Of a DNA stretch of 64,000 bases, positions 11,870 to 23,294 are shown piece after piece. Numbering within the stretch: position 1 is the first letter of the stretch; each line of letters starts with the position of its first letter. The stretch is from Takakia lepidozioides (Eukaryota > Plantae > Bryophyta). Both the position numbers and the translations under genes were made by a program. The stretch spans positions 20,708,001 to 20,772,000 of the forward strand of contig CM060732.1 in NCBI GenBank assembly GCA_030704615.1, read 5' to 3'. Below the pieces are notes generated by a model that was given only the letters and a program-made list of their open reading frames with translations, was not told the DNA's origin and did no database searches.

Positions 11870-14392
11870 ACTGAGGGTTACATGGAGTGAGGGTTACATG
11901 GTGGCGAGGGTGACACTCTGCGGTGTTACAGAGGGTTACATGGAGGTAAGGGTTACACCTGGTGAGGGATATAGAGGGTCATAGAGGGTTACATGGAGTG
12001 AGGGTTACATGGAGTGAGGGTTACATGGTGGTGAGGGTTACAGAGGGTCAAAGAGGGTTACATGGAATGAGGGTTACATACGGGTGAGGGTGACACTCTG
12101 CGGTGTTACAGAGGGTTACATGGTGGTGAGGGTTACCAAGGGTCACAGAAGGTTACATGGGTTACAGAGGGTTACATGGATTACAGAGGGTTACATGGAG
12201 TGAGGGTTACATAAGGGGTGAGGGCGACACTCTGCGGTGTCACAAAGGGTTTGTGAGGGTTACGGAGGGTTACATGGTGGCGAGGGTGACACTCTGCGGT
12301 GTTACAGAGGGTTACATGGTGGTAAGGATTACACCTGGTGAGGGATATAGAGGGTCACAGAGGGTTACATGGTGGTGAGGGTTACAGAGGGTCAGAGAGG
12401 ATTACATGGAATGAGGGTTACATAGGGGTGAGGGTGACACTCTGCGGTGTTACAGAGGGTTACATGGTGGTGAGGGTTACAAAGGGTCACAGAGGGTTAC
12501 ATGGGTTACAGAGGGTTACATGGAGTGAGGGTTACATAAGGGGTGAGGGCGACACTCTGCGGTGTCACAAAGGGTTTGTGAGGGTTACGGAGGGTTACAT
12601 GGTGGCGAGGGTGACACTCTGCGGTGTTACAGAGGGTTACATGGAGGTAAGGGTTACACCTGGTGAGGGATATATAGGGTCACAGAGGGTTACATGGAGT
12701 GAGGGTTACATGGTGGTGAGGGTTACAGAGGGTCAAAGAGGGTTACATGGAATGAGGGTTACATACGGGTGAGGGTGACACTCTGCGGTGTTACAGAGGG
12801 TTACATGGTGGTGAGGGTTACAAAGGGTCACAGAGGGTTACATGGGTTACAGAGGGTTACATGGAGTGAGGGTTACATAAGGGGTGAGGGTGACACTCTA
12901 CGGTGTTACAGAGGATTACATGGGTTACAGAGCCACGGAGGGTCACAGAGGGTTACATGGAGTGAGGGTTACATGGGGATGAGGGTGACACTCTGCGGTG
13001 TCACAGAGGGTTTGTGTGGGTTACGGAGGGTTACATGGTGGCGAGGGTGACACTCTGCGGTGTTACAGAGGGTTACATGGTGGTAAGGGTTACACCTGGT
13101 GAGGGATATAGAGGGTCAGAGAGGGTTACATGGGTTACAGAGGGTCAGAGAGGGTTACATGGAATGAGGGTTACATAGGGGTGAGGGTGACACTCTGCGG
13201 TGTTATAGAGGGTTACATGGTGGTGAGGGTTACAAAGGGTCACAGAGGGTTACATGGGTTACAGAGGGTTACATGGAGTGAGGGTTACATAAGGGTGAGG
13301 GCGACACTCTGCGGTGTCACAAAGGGTTTGTGAGGGTTACGGAGGGTTACATGGTGGCGAGGGTGACATTCTGCGGTGTTACAGAGGGTTACATGGTGGT
13401 AAGGGTTACACCTGGTGAGGGATATAGAGGGTCACATGGGTTACAGAGGGTTACATGGTGGTGAGGGTTATAGAGGGTCAGAGAGGGTTACATGGAGTGA
13501 GAGTTACATACGGGTGAGGGTGACACTCTGCGGTGTTATAGAGGGTTACATGGTGGTGAGGGTTACAAAGGGTCACAGAGGGTTACATAAGGGGTGAGGA
13601 CGACACTCTACGGTGTTACAGAGGGTTACATAGGTTACAGAGCCACAGAGGGTTTGTGAGGGTTACATGGAGTGAGGGTTACATGGTGGCGAGGGTGACA
13701 CTCTGCGGTGTTACAGAGGGTTACATGGAGGTAAGGGTTACACCTGGTGAGGGATATAGAGGGTCACATGGGTTACAGAGGGTTACATGGTGGTGAGGGT
13801 TATAGAGGGTCAGAGAGGGTTACATGGAGTGAGGGTTACATAGGGGTGAGGGTGACACTCTGCGGTGTTACAGAGGGTTACATGGTGGTGAGGGTTACAA
13901 AGGGTCACAGAGGGTTACATGGGTTACAGAGGGTTACATAAGGGGTGAGGACGACACTCTACGGTGTTACAGAGGGTTACATAGGTTACAGAGCCACAGA
14001 GGGTTTGTGAGGGTTACATGGAGTGAGGGTTACATGGTGGCGAGGGTGACACTCTGCGGTGTTACAGAGGGTTACATGGAGGTAAGAGGGTTACATGGGT
14101 TACAGAGGGTTACATGGAGTGAGGGTTACATAAGGGGTGAGGGCGACACTCTGCGGTGTTACAGAGGGTTACATAGGGTTACATGGGTTGCAAAGTGTTA
14201 CAGAGGGTTACATGTAGTGAGGGTTACATAGGGGTGGGGGTGACACTCTGCGGTGTTATAGAGGGTTACATGGGTTACAGAGGGTCATGGGGTTATATGG
14301 GTTACAAAGGGTTACATGGTAATGTGGGTTACACTCGGCGGAGTTACAGAGGGTTACATGGGGGTGATGGTTGAACCCGGGGCGGGGGTTAC
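11870..14392 (+). repeat. G-rich subterminal satellite of GAGGGTTACA(TGG)-type monomers with higher-order units
   Basis: Continuous GAGGGTTACA/GAGGGTCACA/GGGTGACAC monomers. The cassette GAGGGTGACACTCTGCGGTGTTACA recurs throughout. AAAGGGTTTGTGAGGGTTACGG recurs at ~12244, 12569 and 13321. Confidence 0.97.
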
Positions 14393-14584
14393 AGGGAACT
14401 GGCGGACTGCTGGAAGCGGCGGACTGGTGTCGCAGAACGAGGACGCAGGGGGCGACGACGCCGATGGGATGAGGGCGGGGGTGGGGAGGGATTGACCGAG
14501 CCCAGCCGGCTGCCTTTCGATGTCTGCCGGAGGCGAAGAACCGGCGGTACGGGTGTCAGGGCTGGACCGTCCTGACGCGCTTCG

Positions 14585-14610
14585 CATTAAGTTCTTACAT
14601 TATTCCTATT
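14585..14610. mobile_element. Putative transposon terminus CATTAAGTTCTTACATTATTCCTATT
   Basis: Sharp switch from GC-rich subterminal DNA to AT-rich flank; identical 26-mer at 49320-49345. Confidence 0.7.
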
Positions 14611-14619
14611 ATCTTCCAT

Positions 14620-14935
14620 TTTGTTGATGCATTTATTTTTTATTTTTGGTTGGCTGGAAATGGTGCCGTTCTACTTGACCCCATTTTCATATGTAGAGCC
14701 TACATGAGAGAGATTATATTTTATTTTTTAAGAAATTTCAGTTGGTCGAAAAAATGGTGTGCTTTAACGCACATAACGCACACCATTTCGTTGATGCACA
14801 TCTTTTTTCCAAAAAACAAAAAAAAAAATCCGGTTGGTTGGAAAAATAGTGTGCGTTGATGCACATCTTATTTTATCGGTTGGTTGGAAAAATGGTGTGC
14901 GTCACGCACACCATTTCGTTAACGCACACATTTTT
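14620..14935. repeat. Short degenerate repeats containing palindromes (AAATGGTGTGCGT-C-ACGCACACCATTT)
   Basis: Perfect 13-bp inverted repeat at ~14890-14916, a related one at ~14751-14788, and repeated GTTGATGCACATCTT and GGTTGGAAAAAT blocks. Confidence 0.7.
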
Positions 14936-16379
14936 CCCAAAGAAGGACCCACATTCCTCGTTTAATTGCTACTTGATTGTTGGAAACATAGTCACCACAA
15001 TTCACTCTCAACATTTATGTAGGATTTTCATTGGGCCATTTTGGGGTGGGTTGAATCAAAACCATTGCATGTTCGTTCATTTCTTTGAAGTCATTGCATG
15101 TTGTACTTCTGCCTTTTCTCTGTGTCCAGCCCATTATTGAAATTAATTGCAAGACATTGCATGGCTTCTGATAAATTGTTTCAGCTCAAAAATTCTTTTT
15201 TCCACGGTCAAAGGCACTGTTTGTCGCTTCCTTGGCTATAGGACCTCCTTCTCCAGCGTCACCACCATGCGCTCACACTTATCAAGCGTGAGCCTACGCT
15301 CACGCTTAGAGGCCAAAGCATGAGCCCAGCTCCCAGGCTCACGGGGCTGGGCTCATGACCTAGCTACGTCCCTAAATCGCTATATTCTCAAACAATATTT
15401 TTCTTATTATAAGGTGAAAAAAGATGCATAACGAACATAACTAGTTAGAAAGTACCTCTATATGCAAAATTGGGTTACATATATTTGACCCCAACAATGG
15501 TACTAGAAAGCATCCTATGACAAACCTCGGAAACAACCCATCATATGCAATAAGGACGTCTTTTTGAGTTTCATCCCATTCATAACCCATCCAATTCAAA
15601 AATGAAAGAAATAAATGAAGGATACCTCTACACAATGTTAAGAGATTTCTAAGACTCCACCCTAACAGGTCCCCCCCCACACCGGAAAGCTTGACAAATG
15701 GTACTTACTTGAGCTTTTGTTGGAAATCTGAATCTAGTGTCTTCATGATCTCCCAAAACATTTCAATGACGGGGCTTTGCTGCAGACCCCAAAATAAATA
15801 CCATGTCAGATATACTTTCAGGCCATCATCAGGCAATTTCAGGCCCATGGTGGGGCAATCCATCTAGTCGACAACCACCCATCATTGGTTTACAATGGTA
15901 CAATCAATGGTGAAGGCGCTTGTAGGAGGCACCTTGGGAAGCTCGGTCGAAGGCCATTGTGGGAGGGATAATGGTGCACAGGGATGTCATACTTGGTATA
16001 ACTTGGTATACATGACGCTATAGTGAAGGTAGGGATGAGTTGTGGTACACAAGGACGTAAGGTCTAGGTATTAAGAGGAAGAAGAAACACTTGACCCATT
16101 TTTAGTTACCCTTTTGTATTTATCCTCCAACAATATATACTTACCCGCAAGGAAAGGGTATATGGAAATGATCTACCCTTTACGGGAAAGGGTAATTAAA
16201 TTATTTATTGGTCTGAAGGGTAAGAACAAGGATGAATCCAGATAAATCATTTATCTTTATCATAATTTATCCACAGAGTAAATTAGGATAAATCACACCA
16301 CTAGTTTAAACATGTAAACCCCCACCAAGACCAAGCGATGGGACAACAACTCAAGAAACCCTTCTAGCATGGAGAGCTT

Positions 16380-18430
16380 AGGTAGCTCTAGCTCTTCTTG
16401 GAAGGTGTGCTCCAAAATTGATGGCAAAGAAAAAAATCCTCGCGCCTAAGTAAACTCCTTAACCAAGCATGCCAGTAAGAGGACGACAAACACTTGCCAT
16501 GCTTGGAGTACCAATGGGAAAGTTTTATTACAACAAAAAGAGCCAACATTGCAAGAATAAAGCCTTGTATGCAGCTTCCTCAAGGGATTCAGTGATTCAG
16601 ATGTAAATTGCTGGAGAGGTGGCCCAAGACAAGAGGAAGTTGGTCCAATTTGTTGCTATTTTCCACATCCTTAACGAAGGTAAGCCCATGACCGACTATG
16701 AGGGGTTGAAAGATCTTCTCAAGTGGCTGAAAAATAAAGACTACTCCAAACAAACACTAGTCCGATAACAGTGGCTGGGAGATAGCGGAATGCATGGATT
16801 TAGAAATCTTGTAAGCCACCAGCGATACTATGAAGGCATCTAGGTGTAACATATCAGTATCATGTGATGAGGTAACCTCAATCAATAGGCAAAATTGGGC
16901 ATCTGTTCATGTTTATTGTGTCCAAAATTGGCGAAGAATATCCATACTGCTCACATTGGAGAGACTCATAGATGGTGCAAATGCGGATGCATTGAAGAGA
17001 GTCATAGTTGAAGCCCTCTTGATTGGTGGAGGTCTGATGATGGACAAATTGGCCCAAAGTCAAAGTATCATTTGGCGCAGATGGTGTGAGCGTCTTTCAA
17101 GACCTGCAGATAGGCTCACTATGAAACTGCAGCAGGAAGATGCTCCTCACATGGTAGGGGTCCATTGTATGACCCACCGCACCAATTTGACAATCCAAAC
17201 TTTGAGTGACTTGAGCTTGGTTAATCGGCTGGAAATTTGCTTCAATCCTTGCATTTTTATTATGCCCATAGTCCCAAAACATCACATTGAATTTCAGAAG
17301 CTAGCCGAGTTGATGCAGAACAAGGGTAACAAAATTCTTCGGAACATAAAAATCAAGTGGCTCAGAATATTGCTCAAACCCGTTGTGAGAGTTATGGCTG
17401 AGTGTAGTCCACTCTTGTGGTTAAGATGGCATTGGACAGTGTGGGGGAGACCAAATCAGCTTCCAACCTTGACCTCCTTGTTGATGTTGAGCTTTTATTG
17501 GGTTTGTGCTGTGTGTTGCCCTTGGTCAAAGTTGTGAACTCCTTGATTAAGTTTGCACAAGCTCATGACATTTTGTAGTTGATTTCATCACAACAGTGAA
17601 AATATGCCAATGTGACCTCTATACTATGTATACAGATGCCACAACGGCATTTACAAGCCCCGAGTTTGCTAAATTTTGAAGTTTGGCTGAGGTCAAACAG
17701 ACCACCTAACAATTGAATGTCAAGGAAAACATGTCTGCGCTAAGGACTGAAATATTCAGAGTGGGAAGTGGTTTGGATTACTATGGAGGTTTGGAGGAAG
17801 GTGTTGGCTGATGTTAAGACTCAATGTAAGGATGCAGCAACACAGCTTGTAAGGGAGTTGGAAGGACGATTTCCAGCCCAAAATCTCATGAAGGTTATGG
17901 GTATTATATACCCACAATACTGGACACAACATGATGCTGACATGAAGTTTCTTCACCATCTCAATGTCATCAAGGCGGCATATTGCTCTCTTAAGCGGAC
18001 TGGTAATATGACTGTTCCAACTTTTTTGAATGCTCAAGATTTGGACTTGTAAGCTTCATTGTTTAAGAAATGAAGAACAATTGTGTTGTGTCTCTGGAGA
18101 AGCCCATTGAGTTGAACCCTCTCACCAAACTGTGGCAAAATTTGGGAAGATCTCAAGTGTTGACAACCAAGATCCCCGTGTACATGAAGATCGCTGAAGT
18201 AGCTATAGCACATATTGTAGGCAATGTGGAGGACAAGCGCACATTCAACACTCTCACTTTTGTTAAGTCAAGCCCAGGAATCGGTTGACAAAGATTTGCC
18301 ACTTGTAGTAAGCATGTTTGCACATGTTTGTACGCATGTACGCAAGTTCTTTACCATTGACATTTTCTCTTTCGGAAAGTGTATTATATAGTGGAAAGAT
18401 GCTAAGACTCGCAAAGAGTAACGAAACTAC
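16380..18430 (+). pseudogene. hAT-family transposase relic (ZNF862-like)
   Basis: SCDEVTSINRQNWASVHVY (first catalytic D), GVHCMTHRTNL, LRNIKIKW, LVRELEGRFP and the C-terminal dimerisation motif VGNVEDKRTFNTL; many stops and frameshifts. Confidence 0.85.
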
Positions 18431-18706
18431 ATAGCAGAAGTGTTTATTTTTGCTCTCGTATTTCAATTATATTATCATTTTCTTTGGGCATGGTCATTCT
18501 TGTTCTATTGCAGATAAAGATCAACATTAGTGTTCTGAGTCTAGCAGGTAAGAGCTGGGTTTTGTTTTGGTTCATTGTGTTTGTGGTTTTGTGTGTATTT
18601 GTAGGCTCGGACGTTGGATTGTAGGACGCTATATAGGGCCCACCCCCGAAAAGGGGCAGTAGCCGAAATGTGAAGTGGCTCTTAGTTACGCCGGCTTCGG
18701 CCGGAG

Positions 18707-18709
<3 letters not shown>

Positions 18710-18745
<36 letters not shown>
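18710..18745. repeat. (CT)n microsatellite
   Basis: About 18 uninterrupted CT units. Confidence 0.95.
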
Positions 18746-18748
<3 letters not shown>

Positions 18749-19244
18749 CTTTCTCATTGTAGGACATAGATAACTCATGTCGGATTGGCCAAAGTCCTTA
18801 CGGAACAGGGTTGTTATTCCGTGAGCCTGGAGGCATGACCCTGTGAGCCCAACATAAACTCACGCCATGTCAGCATGGAATTCCGAACTTGCAGGGCCTA
18901 TTTCCGCGGGAGGCGTTTATTTCCGCGGATTGATTAACTCTTTTCAGTCATTGCAGATGACATCTGTTACATGCATTCCAACCTTAGGTTGTTATTGTCA
19001 GCTGCTAGCAACAAGGTGAGCATCTATACATGATTTATGGATAGTTGAAGGAGCAGGGATTTAGACGGGGTTTACATATCAAGTCATTGCATGCTAGGAA
19101 ATGGATGAATGTTGTTGTGTTTGAATGGAATATTATCCGGGATGTCCGGGATGAAACCAACCAGCCTGACAAGAAATCAACTGTATCAGAAAGTATAAGA
19201 AGGTCACTATTAAAGTCCCCATCACCAAGCCCATATCACCAAAG

Positions 19245-19575
19245 TATTTCTCAAATACCAAGAAGAGTTTCTCAAAGCGAAACCCACTTCTACATGATAT
19301 TTCTCAAAATACCAGTAAGAGTTTCTCAAAGCGAAACCCACTTCTGCATAATATTTCTGAAATATCAGTAAGAGATTCTCAAAGAGAAACCCACTTCTGC
19401 ATAGTATTTCTCAAATACCAGAAATTTTTTCTCAATGTGAAACCCCCCGCTGCATACGTTTGTGTCCATATCACCAAATCTGTCTCAAATACCAGGAAGG
19501 GTTTCTCAATGCAAAATCCACCGTGCATAGGTTTGTGCTCATATCACCAAGTCTTCCTCAATGTGAAACTCTGCA
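19245..19575 (+). repeat. ~53-bp tandem repeat, degenerating rightwards
   Basis: ATTTCTCAAATACCA..GAGTTTCTCAAAGCGAAACCCACTTCT repeated about 3 times well, plus 2-3 decayed copies. Confidence 0.85.
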
Positions 19576-19854
19576 GGTTCCTGGCTACTCTACTGAAGTT
19601 TTCGCCTCGCGGAATTGGCGCAGATGTACTATATATATATACACCGGTCCTCTATACCCGCTTATGGTTTTTTCCGTTTTGGAAACATATAACTCCTATG
19701 ACCGAGGTTAAAAAATCATAAAACTCCCATGACCGTGGATTGTGCTCACGCTGTGCTCACGGGATACAACCCCCCTGTGCAGCAGGCCATCTTCAGTAGG
19801 AATGAATCTCAGAACAATTTCCTTGGTTTATTTTATTTTATTTTATTTTATGGC

Positions 19855-20430
19855 AAAACAAGGGACAATGGCCCTCATATTTCGTATGCGCTGACGCATA
19901 CCAGACAACAATGTTTTTAAAAAGAAAATTAAAATTTGAATTTTATTTTGTTTTTGTTTTTGTTTTACAAAACAGGGGACAGTGGCCCTCATATTTCGTA
20001 TGCGCCGGCACATACCAGACAACAATGTTTTTCCAAATATATATATATATATAATTTTTTTTAATTTTTTTAATTTTTGTTTTACAAAACAGGGGACAGT
20101 GGCCCTTATATTTCGTATGCGTCGGCGCATACCAGACAACAGTTTAAAAAAACACAATTATTATTATTATTATGTTTTACAAAACAGGGGACAGTGGCTC
20201 TCATATTTCGTATGCGCCGATGCATACCAGATAACAGTGTTTTTTCTTAAACATTTTTTTAATTATATTTTCTAAAATATTTGTTTTAATTTTTAATTTT
20301 TTTTAAAAACAAAACAGGGTACAAATGGCCCTCATATTTCGTATGCGCCGGCAACAGTGTTTATTTTATTTTATTTTATTTTTATTTATTTTTTATTTTT
20401 ACAAAACAGAGATATTGATCCTCATATTGT
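19855..20430 (+). repeat. Array of ~55-bp conserved palindrome-containing units separated by variable AT-rich spacers (~115-120-bp period)
   Basis: AAAACAGGGGACAGTGGCCCTCATATTTCGTATGCGCCGGCGCATACCAGACAACA-like unit at ~19855, 19969, 20086, 20181 and 20311, plus a partial copy at 20403. Confidence 0.9.
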
Positions 20431-21049
20431 CATTTTTTGGCTTCCTCGGATATAGGGTCGTTATGCAGTAATCCACGGAAATACGTCCCCTTTCTAAATG
20501 TTTTGACGACCCATCCATGCTCATAATCATATATAATTTATATTATGAGCTCACGATTTCCAGCTCACCACTCACCGCTCACCGCTCTACGCTCACTGCT
20601 CACGATTTAGCGTTCCTGCTTACGGACTAGGGTTCAAATCCGTCGGGAGTGTATTGTTCATGTTATTTGGTGTGTTCTAATTGTATTTGGGTTTCTGACA
20701 TTTACTTGGATATGCAATGCTTGCAATATATGTGTATTGTTGCTCTGGGTGGGGTTTGCATGATTCATGAATGTATGCAATTTGCCTCACACTAGTACAA
20801 TTTCGTCAATATGATTACAACCATATAACTCACATGGCCAAAATTGCTATAGAACTATTTGACACAAGATAATTCACTGTAGCCTCATTCATTGACACAT
20901 GAGCAGTAAAAATCGTCTTTCTTTTCAATGATGAATCCTGCCTTATAGCCACAACTGCCCACTTCACTTCTCACTGTGTCACCAGTAGAGCAACATGCAT
21001 AAGACCAAAACAAAAACACTGGCGGGTGAGAGTCGAACTCTGCAATTTG

Positions 21050-21950
21050 GGTGGATAGTCAATTGAGGGAATGGGTTGGTAACAAGAGTGATAGGGCAAT
21101 TGGGTGTGTCTTGGAGACATATGATAAGGTGACAATGGGGGAGATGATGTTTGTTGTTGATTATGGGGGCATGGGTATTTTACATATTCCTACCAAACAT
21201 TGTGAAGAAGTAATAGTCTCAAATGAGGGGTAGACATCTTTGCCAATTTCGGATGATGAGACGATAATTCGACTGTGATATTGGGAACGCAGACGAATGT
21301 CATATTGATTCTGGTGCTGAGGACGACTGCGTGCTTGAGCCACATTCTTATGATGATGAAGATCATCAATGTCTATAAGCTTCAAAGACACCTTTTGCGA
21401 TGTTGTGGGGATCATGAAACTTTCACATTAACATAGTCTAACCAGCTAATTGTGTCGCTTGACTATAGTTAATCCGTTCTGCAATTTTTTCATCTGTTTC
21501 AGCCCCGGGCTTTAACCCATATTTATCATCAATCAAGTACTTGTACTTTGGAGAGGTTGCATGCGTCCGAAAGGTTCAAGCGCAAGGGGCTTCCATGCTA
21601 GCTCACTCTCAAGTATAAGTATAAGACTGACAAGCAAGGAGACTTATGGTTCACGACGCATTATGACAGCGGTGTGGTGGGACAAGAATGCGGTCTACCT
21701 TCTGTCCGATGCAACCAGAATAGTGTTAGTCCCAACTCTCCTATATTGTTCAGAGGTTAGTGGGCAAGGCTCGTGTACAAGTTCTTTCTTCTTCAATGCA
21801 CCTACAATATCAATGTTTTATGTGTAGTGCGGATGTGTAGGATCAACTGAGTGGGGGCTTATAGTGTGCAAACAACGTGTATATTTTTTTTGCTTGACAC
21901 TAGCATGATGAAATGTTAGATTTCACATTCAGCCCACATGAGGGTGGTAG
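21050..21950 (+). pseudogene. piggyBac-family transposase relic
   Basis: MTAVWWDKNAVYLLS (cf. piggyBac W.D.K.V.LLST), then ADV*DQL..YSV (cf. GGVDxxDQLxxYYS) and FFLLDTSMM (cf. LFFFLLDxxxxN), in the expected order; interrupted and full of stops. Confidence 0.7.
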
Positions 21951-23189
21951 GGAAGACACCTCTCACCCCACATTGAGTTCAATTTGATAATGGCCAGACA
22001 ACTCACAGCTGGATGCTGGGCTTCGTTGGAGATTATTAGCATCTACAATCCCAGACAGTGGGTGATATACCAATATTTGCATTTGACTAGGAGCACAAAT
22101 GTGTGGTTTGCCGCCTTCGGACTCATTTCTACTGTCCTCAATGCCAAAATTAGTGACGTGACCCTTTAGGGATCATTGGATTTTTTTACCGAAGCAGACT
22201 CAGACCACTTTAGGGTCAAATTTTGTAATTTTTACTATTGGATGTGGGCACAATTTGGTACGAGCGGCGGCTGCACGTGTAATAGGAGAAATGCTTGTTC
22301 ACGAATGTTTTGGGTGGGATGAGGTTGGGTTGTTTCCAACAGATTGGGTTGTTTCCATGGAGTAAGGTTCTCGACTTTCTGAATCAAGAAGATCTGCAAG
22401 TTTGAGTATGTAAAAAATGCATATGTGGCAGTGGTTCTTTGGTCTAGAGGAGCTAGTGGAACAACTCTCTATGAACCAGGTGCCACTGCTGGAACCAAAT
22501 GATAGAAATGCCTGAGCATAAAAAGAAGAAATCCCCTCACCAGATAGATTTGGAATTTGAGTAATTTTCATAGCCTCATGAGGAGGCAAAAATCAATTTT
22601 GGAAATATTTGTAATGAATATAGTTTGAATCCCCCCAAAACACATACTGGCAAGCACCCCAATGCTAAACTTGCCTTGTTCCCCTCATTTTTTTGCCTCA
22701 ACATGACATTCAACAGGCTGGCAGATTAGGAATGGATGGGATAAACACTCCACAAAAATCTAAAAACCCCTCAAATTAGCTGGTCAAGGTGGCTAAAAAT
22801 TCATGTTTTCAAAAACCAGAAAATAAATCCATCCTCTCTAAAACCATATAATTATGGGGAATTGGGTTCATGGTGAGGGCGCCAAGTGCATTTTACTGGG
22901 TAAGCATAGTAATTCTTAGGTATAAAAAATGAACCATATAGAAAAGTAAAATTTAAAGGAGTTGTTAGTAAAATGCACTGGGGCTGATTTCTCTTCGTTA
23001 ATATCGTTTCTTTATACAGCTTACTAAATAGCCAGCCACGAGTACAAGAGCAATACAAAAAAGTATAATGCCGATTACACTCCGTGTAATGCACACCTCC
23101 GACATTTCCTTATCTTTTACTAAAGATCTTTTCCTTCACTGTCAAAAGAAACGATGAAAGGAAAAAGAGATCATCTCATTTGTTTACGC

Positions 23190-23294
23190 AGAGGAAGCCC
23201 CTCTTGTGGGGCGCCCCCTGAATTTAATGCCCTGTAGGGCTGAGGGCGGTGGGCATAAAATTCAAGGAGCACCCTCCACTAAAGGCCTTCCTCT
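23190..23294. mobile_element. MITE-like foldback
   Basis: ~42-bp imperfect inverted arms (AGAGGAAG...TGAATTTAATGCCC and GGGCATAAAATTCA...CTTCCTCT) around a short loop. Confidence 0.6.

Larger units (their letters stand above)
1..14610. mobile_element. Large Mutator-like (MULE) DNA transposon carrying a transposase and a Ulp1-domain gene; left end outside the window
   Basis: MULE/SWIM transposase on +, convergent Ulp1-domain gene on -, GGGTTACA/TGTAACCC motif dense from base 1 to ~14390 and only sporadic after 14610. The right boundary is a 26-bp sequence (14585-14610) that recurs exactly at 49320-49345. Confidence 0.8.

Noticed and set aside
12157-14374. ORFs with VTEGYM/RGLHG repeats
   Set aside because: Translations of the satellite, open in several frames, with no domain signal.
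11870-14392. True telomere or interstitial TTTAGGG tract
   Set aside because: The monomer is GGGTTACA, the array is interstitial and continuous with motif blocks inside the transposon.
15320-15365. Helitron 3' end (hairpin plus CTAG)
   Set aside because: Hairpin-to-CTAG spacing is only 2 nt, CTAG is not followed by T, and no Rep/helicase is nearby.
19855-20430. CRISPR array
   Set aside because: Eukaryotic context, no cas genes, low-complexity AT spacers of uneven length; kept only as a repeat array.
21020-21050. tRNA 3'-half-like GTTCGACTCTCACCCGCCA on -
   Set aside because: T-stem pairs poorly and there is no matching 5' half.
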